Shown here one piece after another: positions 10,865 through 23,977 of a stretch of DNA of 64,000 nucleotides. Positions within the stretch are counted from its first letter, which is position 1, and each line of letters begins with the position of its first letter. The notes below the pieces were generated by a model. That model did not search any database and had not been told where the DNA came from. It worked only from the letters and a program-made list of their open reading frames with translations. The stretch is from Haliotis rufescens. Lineage: Eukaryota. The stretch is from the NCBI RefSeq assembly GCF_023055435.1, contig NW_025963779.1, positions 84,754,001 to 84,818,000 of the forward strand. Reading direction: 5' to 3'. The position numbers and the translations under genes were made by a program.

Positions 10865-11427
10865 TATCCTGATTATCATCATCTTCCCGAGGCAAGAGAG
10901 TTAACTGACTGTAAAAGTCCAGTTTCCACCCTTGCCAAACTAGGCTGGTATTATGGAGTTAGATTTTGTCTGGACTAACGAGTATATGCATAGTCCAATC
11001 AAATTCGCGCAACGAAATCGAAATCCGGTTCGTAAACTGTCACGCAGATTTCGGTCGCTGGCAGGATTTGCCATTCATGTGCACCGCCAACTCGTTGTCA
11101 ACATATATTTCCCAAACATTTTTATGTTTTTAATAAAGGTGCTCGCGTGATTTGATGCACTTGGCGATGTAAGACCCGTTTACCACAATATAGACCTTGA
11201 TTATGGATCAGATCGTCTTGACTGGGCGCCACCGTTTTGTTCGAAACAAATGCAAGTGGTGGAATCTCATTGGTCCACAGGAGAGGCTTAGAAGGGACAT
11301 AGCTCTTATAACAACTGGTGGCGCTACGATCGAGTCCAGGAATTCCATCCAAGTTCGGCAAGGGTGGTAACTGGACTTTTAAAGTCATGTTAATACTCTT
11401 GCCTAGGGAAGATGGCTTATCATGATC
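10865..11427. mobile_element. MITE/foldback element with ~100-bp imperfect TIRs
   Basis: catcttcccgaggcaagagagttaactgactgtaaaagtccagtttccacccttgcc (~10880-10935) is the near reverse complement of ggcaagggtggtaactggacttttaaagtcatgttaatactcttgcctagggaagatg (~11356-11414). Confidence 0.8.
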
Positions 11428-12553
11428 AAACCCCAGTGTGTGGAGCTAGTCTTTGCGGTCGTGCCACAATTGAACACACCAAGCAGTCCATCTGTAGAAG
11501 TAACAGTCCTACTCGGCAGCCAAAGTGACTTTAGGATCGCAATGGGCGTGAATCTTAAACTGCGCATCATCAGCAAGGTCAGTGCAGAATGGTTCCAGTG
11601 CCGTGTCCCAAAATATCAAAAACACATACACAAACACCAGAAATCAAGCCATCTTCTCATTTTATAGCAACAAAGTCTTCCAAACATCTTCAGTCTCGTA
11701 GTTTCCAATACATAAATAGTTGAAGGTAACAAAAATACACATCGCTTACAATAACAACCACACTTTAACAGTTAAAACAGTTCTCTCTTGTCAGATGCAA
11801 TACATGTAGATGAACTCAACAAGTGTGCTAAAGCCTCACAGTGTGTAAAAGCACCTGCTGCACATAAAATGACATGCAGTGTAGTTGATGGTCGTGTGGA
11901 TAAATAAAACAACATGGTGTTAAAGCATGGCCCCTTTGTACATGGTATTCATCACAGGAAGACATTGAGCTGCTTTGGCGACAACTAAGACCTGGCACCT
12001 CAATAAAATGAACAGGTTACAACCAGTGGGCTGTAAAATTCATTGACTAAAATACACAAATGTCGTACATGTATTGAATAATGCCATGGTTTATATACGA
12101 CAGCACCATTGACATACGGGAAGGCAATATGAACACAGCATGGCAATGTCAACATTACAGTATCGAGGAAGTTGAGTTTGATTTAATCTCAACTGACAAC
12201 AACGTTCGTCTGCCATATATACTCTCTCTCTTTCACACTCACTCACTCACACAAACTCTCTTTTAATCACAAATGAGGTACATATTACCAGGACGTGTCC
12301 TGCCTCAAGTTTAACCCATATTTCACTCATCGCATGCAACCCTGTAAATGTGATTGCACATACAGTGATAAGTAACAAGCCATACGTCCACATTGATACA
12401 TAGTACATAAACATTATGAAAAGATAAATAAAGGTTTTGAATTAAATACAATGCCATGTTATCATTCAAACAAAAACGTACGTCCACACAATACAAACGC
12501 ATCCATATGTAGGTGATGGTGTCTGTGTAATCAATACAGTATTGCTGTGGCGT

Positions 12554-13225
12554 TCAGTTATCATTCAGTTCGTATTCAAACTCATATGTCCACACCGATA
12601 TCAACCCCAGGAGATATTTATACGGTCTATAGTCCACCATTATAAAGCCAAGTCTCGTGTAGAGATTCCTCGCAGGCTGATGAACCTCCGTCGTTATCAG
12701 CTCTATCTTGTCGTAGTGACGTTGTTTACAAAATGATATCGCCGTTGAAACCAGCTTCTTGGCAATACCTAAGCGTCTGAAGTTCCTTTTCACTGCCATT
12801 CGTCTCAGCCATGCTACTTTACGTTCTGCGTCACCAGCCGTTTTCTTCACAATCCCAACCGTTCCTGCAATCTCGCCGTTAACCTCGGCAATCCAAAAAT
12901 TGTCGTCTTCGTCACGGAAGTAATTCTGTCGTGCATTTTTCATGTCGTCATGGGTCGGGCCATACAGGTAGTACAGTGTGCCAATAAAGCTGAACCCATA
13001 CACGGCACACCCATAGATAATAAGAGATACTGTTACCGCTAGGAAGGACTGTAAAACAACTCCCGCAACAAGGGCAACAGCAGAAGCGAGTTTGATTGAC
13101 GCAGGTCGAGAAATAGCGATCTTAAAAGAAGGGTAAAGATTACTGAAGCTTGCCTCTTTTAACACCTCCCATGTGCCTGAAGCGTCTTTTTCTGTCCATT
13201 GTCGAATATGCACACCTGATGACAT
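12554..13225 (-). CDS. GNAT N-acetyltransferase, NAT8/Camello-like, uninterrupted ORF, 223 aa
   Basis: IRQW near the N-terminus, a long hydrophobic segment (~aa 45-88), FWIAEVNGEIAGTVG, acetyl-CoA motif LRRMAV...RRLGIAKKLV, and LITT..HQPARNLYTRLGF. Confidence 0.9.
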   Translation of the reverse strand: MSSGVHIRQWTEKDASGTWEVLKEASFSNLYPSFKIAISRPASIKLASAVALVAGVVLQSFLAVTVSLIIYGCAVYGFSFIGTLYYLYGPTHDDMKNARQNYFRDEDDNFWIAEVNGEIAGTVGIVKKTAGDAERKVAWLRRMAVKRNFRRLGIAKKLVSTAISFCKQRHYDKIELITTEVHQPARNLYTRLGFIMVDYRPYKYLLGLISVWTYEFEYELNDN

Positions 13226-14061
13226 TGGTTAGGATAATACAGAAGAAATGAAGAGACAGGTGTTTTTCATGTCCTTCCTATTGAACAATCAAAACAGATG
13301 CGTAGAGAGCTCACTTCTCGTCCAGCAAGCACATGCCGGAAGTATACCTTAGTTACCCGCGAACCGCACTGCGCATGTGTGACATCGTAGACTGGTTTCC
13401 ATATTTTCTGGCTCGATTGGTCATTTTGGTATCAACGGGAAGATTTAAATATATACATGAGTAAATGTCTAATGAGTCATCAGGCTTTATAGATGGTGAC
13501 TTACACGTATACAAAAATACACTATACACATAGGCAGAATATTTGATACATGGTCTCTGTACAATATTTACATGAAGGTTTTCGTTGCCAACATGCAGGC
13601 TTTCGTTGCCAAGAGGTGGCGAAAATATGCACATTTTGTTGTTTGAACAAGATTCTAAAACCAAATCTAAATTGAATCATTTGCTATAATTTGTTTTTAA
13701 AAGATGTGCCATTACAAAAGTGGTGTTTGTGTTCTTTGACTATGTTGAAACACTAACAAACACTGCCGTGCATGGAGTCAAAATGTCATCACATTTGCTA
13801 CACCTGAATCCTGTCTACTAATATCTGTAAAAGCGCATAGATGATAGCGCGGAGGAAAAACATAACCGGTTCAACCAAGTACGCGACGAATTTCAACGCT
13901 GATTGGCTAGATTTCTGTCCGTGGCCGGCGCCTCTGACTATGAAGAGCTATTTCCGTGGAAAGGAAACAGCCCAGTCATTTCTCAGCGTTGCCGGTCGCG
14001 AAAAACACTCGAGCGTGCATATTGAATAACTTGACTGACAACTCCATAAATATAAGACACG
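13226..14061. promoter_or_regulatory. Probable bidirectional promoter region between NAT8-like and TBCA
   Basis: Divergent start codons 836 bp apart; CpG-containing patches; ETS-like ccggaagt (~13337) and NRF1-like tgcgcatgt (~13370). Motif function is inferred only. Confidence 0.5.
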
Positions 14062-17000
14062 ATGGCTGACCCGAGAATAAGGCAAATCAAAATCAAGACT
14101 GGAGTCGTGAAAAGGCGAGTATTAACATGTTAACTTTCTTTTCTTATGTAGATCTATGCAGCATGATTCAGACGTGAAATGTCGCGTGTGTTTACACATG
14201 ACACTCGCCTGGGGACCTGCGCATGCTTGTGTACACCCGAGGCTCACTGTCAGGAGAATGCTGGTGATTTCTGTTTTATTTTCCGTCCTGTTTGTGAAAA
14301 TGTCATTGGCCGTAGCGATGTGTGAGATCGGATGCAGACCGTATCTACGACAAAATTACTAGATCTCCAACGTAGCAAGTTTGTTTCAAGTCATTCTGAT
14401 CTAGTCTGTTTTGTCGGTCTCCTTGACAACTATTAATTACAGTAATTTTCCTGCTGTTCATTATGATTGTGTGATTTTACTCTCACTCAGTATCAGTCTC
14501 GCTACAATCTACATGCAGAAAGTATGACCTGGTGACTTGTCTCTCGTTGCAGCTTCTGACTCATCCATCTACCTGATCTAGAATCAAAATGATGCATGTC
14601 TAAATATAAAAATTGTTCATTCTGTTTAGCATGACAGTGTATTCTAAACATTTTTTTATATATTCAGAAGTTTTACAAAGTTGAGTGATTGCCATGGTTT
14701 ACCATGTAGTCTGATATAAATTAACTTTCTTATATATATAAGGTGAGGGGCTGGTACAAGCTATCCAACCTGATAAATATCTGACCCCAGCTCAACCCAA
14801 ATGTCAGTCCAAGGCAAAGGCATCGGGTGTAGTGCATTTTACCAGGAGCACTTTTTCAGATCCAGTTAGATCTAGCACTGTGGGGACTCAAGTGCATTTT
14901 GCCAGCTCGTCTAATTAATGCGGTAATTTAGCCAAAGCTATACCACTGGTCAGTGGACCATAAGTGCTTTCCCACTTCTTCATCATTGCTTTCCAGGGGC
15001 GGTCGGGTAGCCTAGTGGTTAAAGCGTTCGCTCGTCAAGCCGAAAACCCGGGGTAGATTCCCGACATGGGTACAATATGTGAAACCCATTTCTGGTGTCC
15101 CCTGCCTAATATTGCTGGAATATTACTAAAAGCAGCACAAAACCATACTCACTCACTCACTCATTTCTTTCCACAGTGCATATCACATAATCAGGCTAAT
15201 ATCAAACATCTCCTATAATGGCTGCTGAGACAAAATTTGCAGATATTTTTCAAGATGATTGCTCTCATGGTGCGAGGAGCAAAGTTGTAGATATATTTAG
15301 ATATGGACATGCTGTGTACATGGTATGGGAATACTTGCAGGCATTTACCTAGACCTGCCCAGAGGCTGAATATATATAAGAAATGTTTTGCTTTATGAGG
15401 TTGACTTATATTTCACTGATGACAGGACCAATAAAGAGAAAGTGCCCTTATTATATTGAATGCAATGTTAAAATACCTCTATACATCAGAAAGTAATACC
15501 AGATGACCCCCAAGCTTACTTGCCTCAGCTCGCCTTTTTCCGTTTCTGACTGGGTGGTCAGGCTCGCTGACTTGGTTGAAGCATGTCATCGATCCCAATT
15601 GCGTGGATCGATGCTCATGATATTAATCACTGGATTGTTGGGTCCAGACTAGATTATTTACAGACCGCCGTCATATAGCTGGAATATTGCTGAATGCGGC
15701 GTAAAACAACAAACCAACCAAATCTGACCCAGTGACCACTCCGTGGGTGTAGGCTTATCATGTGACCAGACTTTTCTCTTGGTTCTAAACAAACTTACTT
15801 AAGCAAATTTAAATGAGAACAGTTAGGCCTTATGCAAGCCCTTCGTTGCATTTTACAGTTTACATGTTGTCTTGCATAATTGTACAGATGTGCTACTACA
15901 ACTGTGACAGTGAGATATATATAGCTTCACACATCAAAGTGACTGTATCGCCAGCTGTCAGTTGGGCTTCGACAGCACATGGAAGATGAATGCGCAAGAG
16001 GAAATAGTTTTCCACGTTTTAGGATATTTTCTCAATGAAAGATAAACCGTTTATGTCATATGTATATATAAATGTGTAAACTCGTCTGAAATAAAACAGA
16101 ATCACATGAATTGACTGGCCGCAAGGAACTCTGGGTAGGAGAGTGATTGGGATTATCCACATGAGACAACCAAGGAATATTTATATTGTGATGTAGGCTT
16201 TGATAATCACTGGCTTCTTATCTAATCTAGCTGGCAATTTGTATTTTGTGACTCGGCCATAATAAAACCTAAACCTTTTAACAAATGAATGATGCTCTGT
16301 GCAGCACTTGCGTTGTCGACTTTCCTGTGCGGAGCTCTCTATGTTTTGGCTTGAGAATTGAATCGGGCATGTGACGTAACACTCTTAAAATATTTTATAA
16401 CGCACAGAACCATCGACATACTTCCCCCGTAAAACAATCCCACTTTTGCACAAAGTAATTATGTTTGTCCATTTTGCATGCCATGGGTACTTAGTTTGGA
16501 ATCCAAGATAAATCCATGACGCCAGCAGACATCTTCAAGGACCCCACAAACATGACAAACCCCTGAACTGTGAACCAGCAGAATGTGACATAGTACATGA
16601 AGTATGGATTATAGATTCACATGGCTAGACATGGCCTAGTCCTGAGAGAAGAGAATATCTAAGAAGACTACCTGTTTTCTTCCCAAGTTAGGAGATACAC
16701 ATAATACAGCTGAAGTAGTCATTGTCGGCACAGGTACTTTTCTGTAAACAAAAATGTTCCCTAACCAATGAGCAAAAGCGGTTCTTTAGGTATTCCTGTG
16801 TACCAAACCGCAATTAAATTCAACATGGCAGTACTTATGAGATTCATTCCAGCGTATCATACAAGAGACGATCATACACAGTGGCGTACGTACAATAATC
16901 TAATATTCCTTGATGCACAGGTTATCAGGCAACCCGGAACTACAACAAGAACCAGTGTCTGTTTTGGGCTAGGGAATATGGACTCGTCCGCTGTATGGAG

Positions 17001-20000
17001 TACCAAGTACTTTTCTGCATTCTAATTTTGGCTTGGGAACATATTTGGATACAGAAACCTACCTGGGGTACATTTATGTAGTACCAGTGCTAACTATGAC
17101 CCATTCAGCCATAATGCAAGCACTTGTTGCTGAATTGGCAAACACATCGTAACAGTTGGTGCACACTCATCGAACTAGTAGTAACCAATGAGTGTGTTGT
17201 GTTTGATGTTGTATTTGTGATTAATACTGTGGTTTCCGATACAGACTGACAAAAGAGAAGTCGATGTACGAGAAGGAGGTGGAGACGCAGGAAGCTCGGG
17301 TCAACAAGATGAAGGCCGAAGGGGTCGATGAGCATGATGTCCGGAAACAGGTGAAGTTGCATCTCAGGCCATTCTGAGGAATATGATGGCTTACCCCTAC
17401 CGGCAATGACAATTGAAAGATTTTCAACTCTGCCTGCCTTTCATCACTTTATTGTTCCCAAGTACCATGAGTACAAACGGATGAATAAATTTCCTTTTTA
17501 TATATAATGACGGGGGGATATAGCCATCAGTATGTCTGTCCGTCCGTCTGTAATCATAGTTTGTCCGGAGCATATTTCCTAAACCGTACAATCTAGCTTC
17601 ACAAAACTTGTCACACTTACCAATCAGGCTCAGTAGTAGTGCCTTTTGCTATTTAGAGATTTTTAGAATGTTTTATTTTTGTCGTTTCCATCGAAATATG
17701 ATGAACTTAGGAAATTTGATGGTTCTGCTCTTGTCCGGAGCATATTTCCTAAACCGTACAACCTAGCTTCCCAAAAACTTGGTACACTTACCAATCAGGC
17801 TCAGTAGTAGTGCCTTTTGCTATTTAGGGATTTTTAGAATTTTTTTCTTTTGTCGTTTCCATGGAAATATGATGAACTTAGGAAATTTGAGGGTAGTGCT
17901 CTTGTCCGGAGCTTATTTCCTAAACCGTACAACCTAGCTTCCCAAAACTTTGTACACTTAACAATCAGGCTCAGTAGAAGTGCCTTTTGCTATTTAGGGA
18001 TTTTTAGAATTTTATATTTTTGTTGTTTCCATGGAAATTTGAGGGTAGTGCTCTTGTCCGGACCATATCTCCTGAACCATAGAACTTAGCTTCTCAAAAG
18101 TTTTTACACCTATCAAGCAGGTTATGTAGTGATGCCTTTGCTATTAACAGATTTTTCTTCTTCTTTTTTTAATTTAAATTGAAAATTGATGGAGCATATC
18201 TTCTAAGCCATGCGACATAGATTCACCAAACTTTATGCACATATAAATCATGTTCACTAGTAGTGCAGTTTGTTATTTGTAGATTTTAATCTTTTTAATT
18301 TGTAGCCCCTGACATATAATTCTAAGGTGTACTATTTACATGATTTACTGATATCATATACTATATATGATGTGAGCTACATAACCTAGTACATTCTCTT
18401 TATGCCTTTGTGTCATGAGGCTACTACAGAGCTATTCATATGCGAATCTGCGACGTTATTGTTATTACAATTTCATGAGATCATCAGAAAGTGAGCTACA
18501 TGAACCAATATTTAATAACCTTCATTATATTTCTGGTTTTGGCATCAAGGAAAAAGCCAACCTAAATACATTTGAAGATACACACAGTTTACCGACATGC
18601 CACATCGGGGGGATATGTCATCTTCGGATGACTCTTGTTTACTTTATTTATTGGTGTACCCAGTCTTACCTATCGTTGATACTGTTTGGTCAATACTTGA
18701 ACAGCTTTTTCAGAAAATATAATCTAAAAAATATGTTCCACCTCATATTTTACAATTTGAAAGAAAATCTTATAATGAATTTGTCATATTTTATTACTTA
18801 TCAATATCTGTAAAGTGTAGCAATGTGTTTCAGCTGTGATGAGATGGCCTTCTCGTTAGACCTTGTTGAGGTGTGGCATGGTATCTCATGGGCTAGCACT
18901 GTAAAACCATCATTAGTCCGGACTAATTTAATAAGGCACACACACACACATGTGCATGCACAATGCTTATATGAGTACAATAATCATGAACAGACCCCAT
19001 TTCACCTCGTCTTAGGGTCTCCTCCCTGATCTTGCATCTTTGTCACTGGGGGGCCCAGTCGTCTAAGGCGCCGCGATTTGCTGTGCAGAGTTGCATCCCT
19101 TGTGCATGCCAGAAACCTATGATTGTAGGTTCGAATCCCGGTTCGCCCCGATTATGTTTCTAGGTTTGTCAGCACCATATTGTGCTCGTCGGTTTCACTG
19201 AAGTGGTAAACGTCTGAGACCTGCATCATTTCGGGCTTTCCTCCCACATTAAGCTGACACACCGCGCTATAACTGGAATACTGTTAAAAGCGGCGTTAAG
19301 CACAACTCACTCAATTCTTTGTCACTGTAAGTGTTCCAAGTTGGACCAGGACCCAGACAAAGCCATGCTGGTGGTCCTTGTCGCAACATCACGATCATGG
19401 ATTCAGAGTTCCTCAAGAGATTCACTAAACAACATGCTGAATATTTATTGTAGGAATAGTGTGATGATAACATGTTTGTTATTTATATCAAATACATGCC
19501 CTTGTGGTGATTCTGGTTTGGAATAGGTCTCCTGCCTTGTGTGCTTGTTGTATGAGGCAAGATCTGGGACTTAGTTGAGTCCCTGTACCCAGAGACGTGG
19601 GCCACTTCTCATAGTAACAAGCACTGGTCATAAGCCTAAAGTTAATAATAAGAAAATAAGATGTGTTCTAAGATATATTATGAAAGCAAACCTCAACCAT
19701 ACTCAGAGACCCTAGGAAGCTCCTTCATTGCTAACCGTGTCTCCAACTAAATATGTTTCACAGGCTTTGCAAACCCTGTTTGGTATTCACTGGTAAGAGT
19801 CCTGGGGTAGTGTTTAGTTTGCAGTGGGGGTGGAGTTGTTATCCCCTGCTATAAAGTGGAAGTGGGATATAGGAATGGGTCATGTTTGTCTGTCATATTT
19901 CGTTTCCGGAGCAGAACTCAAACCCATGAGAGACATCTTAACCAGACTTGGCACATGGATAGCTCTAGTGGTGAACTGGTGCCTTTTGATAGTTTGGGAT

Positions 20001-21588
20001 TTTAAAAAAAAAAGTATTTTTCGAGTTTCCATGGCAACAACTTTGACTTAGACTGAGATAATATCAATCACTGGATTGCCTGTTCCATGCATGATTATGC
20101 ACAGACTGCTGTCCTATAGCTGGAACATTGCTGAGTGGGACGTTGAATAGCAAAACAACAAAACCCTTACCTTTCCAAACTTGACTGGGGGCGGTCGGGT
20201 AGCCTAGTGGTTAAAGCGTTCGTTTGTCACGCCGAAGACCCGGGTTCGATTCCCGCCATGGGTACAATGTGTGAAGCCCATTTCAGGTGTCCCCCCACCA
20301 TGCTATTGCTGGAATATTGCTAACAGCAGCATAGCCACACTCACTCACTCACTCCAGACTTGACAGACATTGTGGGATGTGTGTGACTGATGCTTGTTAC
20401 AGATGGAGGTGCTGCAGGAGTCCCGCGTGATGATCCCGGACACCAAGAAGAGGCTGAGGACGGCGTACGATGAGCTGGAACAGACACTGGTACGTACATC
20501 TGTAACAATCAGTAGGAATACAGTAAACTCAGATTCATTATCATCATTATGATTTAAATATGGCTGTGAAAATTATGGGTCTGGTATCAGAAATGTTGAT
20601 CCATGGCCCCTAGGGCTAGGATGATACACCAACTATGCGATCTGATATGTATCACGATATCGTGGTCACGATCCGATACGTAACACGATACTTGCATGTG
20701 CTCTCATCTGTGGTACTGAGGCCATTTGTATCCCCCCCCCCCGCATAAAATGCGTGGGGGATATAGCGATCAGCCACTCTGTCTGTCCGCCTGTCCGCCT
20801 ACCTGTCCGTAATCATTTCCTTTTCCGGGGCAGAACTCCAAAACCATTCAGTATATATTTGATCGAAATTTGAAAGATGTATCAGTCACATACTGAAGTG
20901 GTGTCTTTTGATATTTGGGGATTTTTCGAATTTTTATTTTTGAAAATCTTTAGGGAAAGAAGTTGGACAAGGACACGATTGCTTGTTTCACAGATAATTT
21001 TGTGCGACTTGTTTTAGTTTCTGGAGCGTAACTCGATAACCGTTCTATATTTTTCAACAAAACTTGGCAGATATATCAAACAGATGTGTTGCCTTTAGTA
21101 TTTGCAGATTTTTGGCATTTTTATTTTTCTTGATTTCCATGGAAACAATTTGGATTTGTCATCGTGCATGCATGTCATCATATTCCAATTGCGTGGATAG
21201 ATGCTCATGATGTTAATTACTGGATTGTCTGGTCCAGATTCGATTATTTACACACCACCATCATATAGCTGGAATATTGCTGATTGCAGCGTTATAAACA
21301 AACAGAACACAAGATAATGCTGAAAGATTCTGAACTAGGGCATAATAACACTTGATCTGAAATACTGTCGTCACAAGATTAGATTTGATTTTGTCAAAAT
21401 AAGATCGGACACCATCTTGTATCCAGGCTGTCAAAATAATAGGATTATTTGCAGATGTTCGATTATCATGTCAAACAATGAGTTTTGTATGTTTATCCTT
21501 ACAGCAAAGAGAAAGTGATCTGTCAGGAGCAGAGGAATTCGGCCAAGCCAAGGAGATCCTGGAGGCAGCACAGACAGCTCTAGCATAG
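14062..21588 (+). CDS. TBCA: Tubulin-specific chaperone A; exons 14062-14114, 17245-17350, 20403-20489, 21505-21588; 109 aa
   Basis: MADPRIRQIKIKTGVVK-R-LTKEKSMYEKEVETQEARVNKMKAEGVDEHDVRKQ-MEVLQESRVMIPDTKKRLRTAYDELEQTL-QRESDLSGAEEFGQAKEILEAAQTALA*. This is recognisable TBCA sequence with consistent intron phases (2,0,0). Not in the ORF track because the exons are short. Confidence 0.95.
14996..15162 (+). mobile_element. tRNA-derived SINE family A
   Basis: A box tagcctagtgg, degenerate B box, (cact)n tail, approximate TSD catt(g/t)ctttcca. Confidence 0.88.
15551..15721 (+). mobile_element. SINE-like family C, 5'-truncated
   Basis: gggtggtcaggctcgctgacttgg through gcggcgtaaaacaacaaaccaacc. 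Confidence 0.85.
17505..18640 (+). mobile_element. Helentron-associated (HINE/DINE-1-like) non-autonomous element carrying ~170-bp internal tandem repeats
   Basis: 5' ggggggatata followed by a (gtcy)n microsatellite; repeat units start at 17563, 17733, 17904, 18056; 3' cggggggatat, hairpin gtcatc-ttcg-gatgac (18617-18632), then a T-rich end. Confidence 0.75.
19048..19313 (+). mobile_element. tRNA-derived SINE family B
   Basis: ggcccagtcgtctaaggcg A-box region, gttcgaatccc B box, shared ctggaata..gttaaaagcggcgttaa tail, TSD tctttgtcactg. Confidence 0.88.
19840..20050 (+). mobile_element. HINE-like fragment
   Basis: tatcccc...gggatata 5' inverted pair, gtctgtc, and one unit related to the 170-bp repeat (ccggagcagaactc...cttggcac...gtgccttttg...tttccatgg). 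Confidence 0.55.
20187..20353 (+). mobile_element. tRNA-derived SINE family A
   Basis: A box, ggttcgattcc B box, (cact)n tail, approximate TSD tcca(a/g)acttgac. Confidence 0.9.
20728..21158 (+). mobile_element. HINE-like fragment with two internal repeat units
   Basis: tatcccccc...gggggatata, (gtcy)n tract, two units related to the 17563 repeat. Confidence 0.6.
21160..21303 (+). mobile_element. SINE-like family C, 3' part
   Basis: gcatgtcatc...caattgcgtggat...ggattgtctggtccagattcgattatttac...ctggaatattgctga. Confidence 0.8.
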
Positions 21589-22223
21589 TGTTGTCCTTCA
21601 ACTGTCTATGATGAAGCAGAAACTTTACTTTACCAATGCATGCTATCCTGTGTATGAGTAAATGGCAGACCCTGTCTGTCAAGGGGCTGCATTAATACTG
21701 ATACACATGTAACGTCTCCATTTTGTCGGGCTCACGGATACTGTAATTACATTTGGCATTTGGTGTATATGAAGCTCATTCTTAGCTTTGAAAATCTGAA
21801 TTATTATTGTGATCATTATTTTATTCAGGGGAGAAAACTCTTCAGAGCATGATTTCATCACTTTGTTGACATTCAGTGTTTAGAGTGATTGATGCACTGT
21901 GGTTCCTCTCCTCATATTTTGCATATCCAAGAAATATTTTTAAACATAAGGATTTTCAAATTTTAGCATAAGCTGTTGAAAACAAAATCCGAAAATTCAA
22001 ATCCAAATTAGAAACAATTTTAATGTACATGATGTATGACTAATGTAATGTTCATCAATACACAGTAGGAAACAAACAAGATAGCACCCTTTCTATTTGA
22101 GGAATTATATTCCCCTAAGCACCGACCTTTCAAGATATCTATTGTTTTCTTTTGATTTGTGCTAATTACTGCTGGTTTAGTACATGCTGAAACTGGTAGG
22201 CCATCCTGGTCTCTTTCTCAACA

Positions 22224-22502
22224 GGGGGCACAGGTGGCCCAGTCGTCTAAGGCGCTGTGATTCGCTGTGCAAGGAGTTGCGCCCCTTGGGCACGCCAGAA
22301 ACCTATGATTGTGAGTTCGAATCCCGGTTCGCCCCGATTATGTTTCTAGGTTTGTCAGCACCATACCCGTTCTAGTAGGTTTCACCGTTATGGTAAACGT
22401 CTGAGACCTGCATCATTTCGGGCTTTCCTCCCACATTAAGCTGACATGCCGCGATATAACTGGAATATTGTTAAAAGCGGCGTTAAACCCAACTCACTCA
22501 CT
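22224..22502 (+). mobile_element. tRNA-derived SINE family B, full length
   Basis: ggtggcccagtcgtctaaggcg...gttcgaatccc head, (cact)n tail, TSD ctctttctcaac. Confidence 0.9.
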
Positions 22503-23271
22503 CTTTCTCAACGGCATGCAAGTTGACTGTACATCATGGCTAGTACCATGATTACTGTTATTGGCTCTATGCTTGTAAATAGTCTGTTTTGTTATGTACT
22601 TGTTATGATGAAGGACTGTATTTGCCTGGGTCTGAAAGTATCAAATCAACATCTCACTCTAGTGATGCAACACTTGATGTCTGGACTACTTTATATCTGC
22701 CTAGTGATGCTATAACCAGAATTCATGGTTGTGCCACTCTTAAAGGGATTCCCTCTATTTATCTGTATCGCATTTAGGTGGTGCTTACATCCGTCATGCT
22801 CAAAGTGTGTTGTACTTGATGTTCCTGTGCCTTGCACTTGAGGCACCCACTGCCCCATGCTTGTGGAAGGGGATGATGATGTGTGTGACCTGGCTGTGGA
22901 TCGTGCTACCGACTGCTGGTTTGCAATTCAGTATAGTTGCATAATGCTAACAGAGACATTACAACAATGGCAGTGGTGAGACTCCAGTACCAGACCCAGT
23001 TGTTAACTTAAATGATTCAGCTGTGGTATGTCTGTGAAATTCTTGTGTTAGGTGTAATACTGTTTTCGGTGTGGACTGTTACAAGCTAGAGTATGAATAT
23101 TTACAGTATACACCTTGAAACTGAAGTCAATAGAACATCTACATCATTAACCTCACTGCGTCAGGCATGTTCACCACAATCAAATGAGTCATGCATGCAA
23201 TTGGCTTCTTTCGCAGTGTTCCATGTTAAGTTCTGCATTTCCCCTCTTCATGGCCTTACTCAAATTGTCTG

Positions 23272-23562
23272 TGTTTTGTTTGTTTGTTGTTTAACACCGC
23301 ACTCAGCAATATTCCATCTATATGACAGCGGTCTGTAAATAATTGAGTCTGGACTAGACAATCCAGTGATTGACATCATGAGCATCGGTCCATGCAATTT
23401 GGGTGCGATGACATGCATCTTCCAAGTCAGCGAGTCTGACCACTTGAACCTGTTAGTCGCCTCTTATGACAAGCATAGTCACCTTTTATGGCAAGCATAG
23501 TTGCCTTTTACGGCAAGCATGGGTTGTTGAAGACCTGTTCTACCCTGGGTCTTCACAGGTCT
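23272..23562 (-). mobile_element. SINE-like family C, full length, antisense
   Basis: Reverse complement of the family C consensus, with three copies of the 22-bp module. Confidence 0.85.
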
Positions 23563-23977
23563 TTAGATGTGTAAATCGATAATCTCTTGTAATGGCATTG
23601 TTTGGATTTGGATGACCTATCGCAGGAGGCAAAGTTTCAAATCACTGAAGGATATAAATTGGCATGTAGTCATTACATTACCCTCCTTGCACCCACATTG
23701 TGTTTAAGACCACTCAGTTAAGTTTGTATGAGTGTGCTTCAGTCCCCTGTAAGGCTGACTATTGTCCCTGTTATGTGAACCCTCATTGTTGTTCATCAAG
23801 ATGTCAATGTCTACCCCTATCAGATCATGTCAGCATGTGTTCCTTTTGCATAAAATATATGACAAATCAAACAAATAAACTTTTATTCAAGTGAATGTGT
23901 TTTGTACAGACAGATGTATCACAGCCACTGCTCTTACTGTATGTGAACAGTGCAAAATACTAGGCTGATAAATCAGA

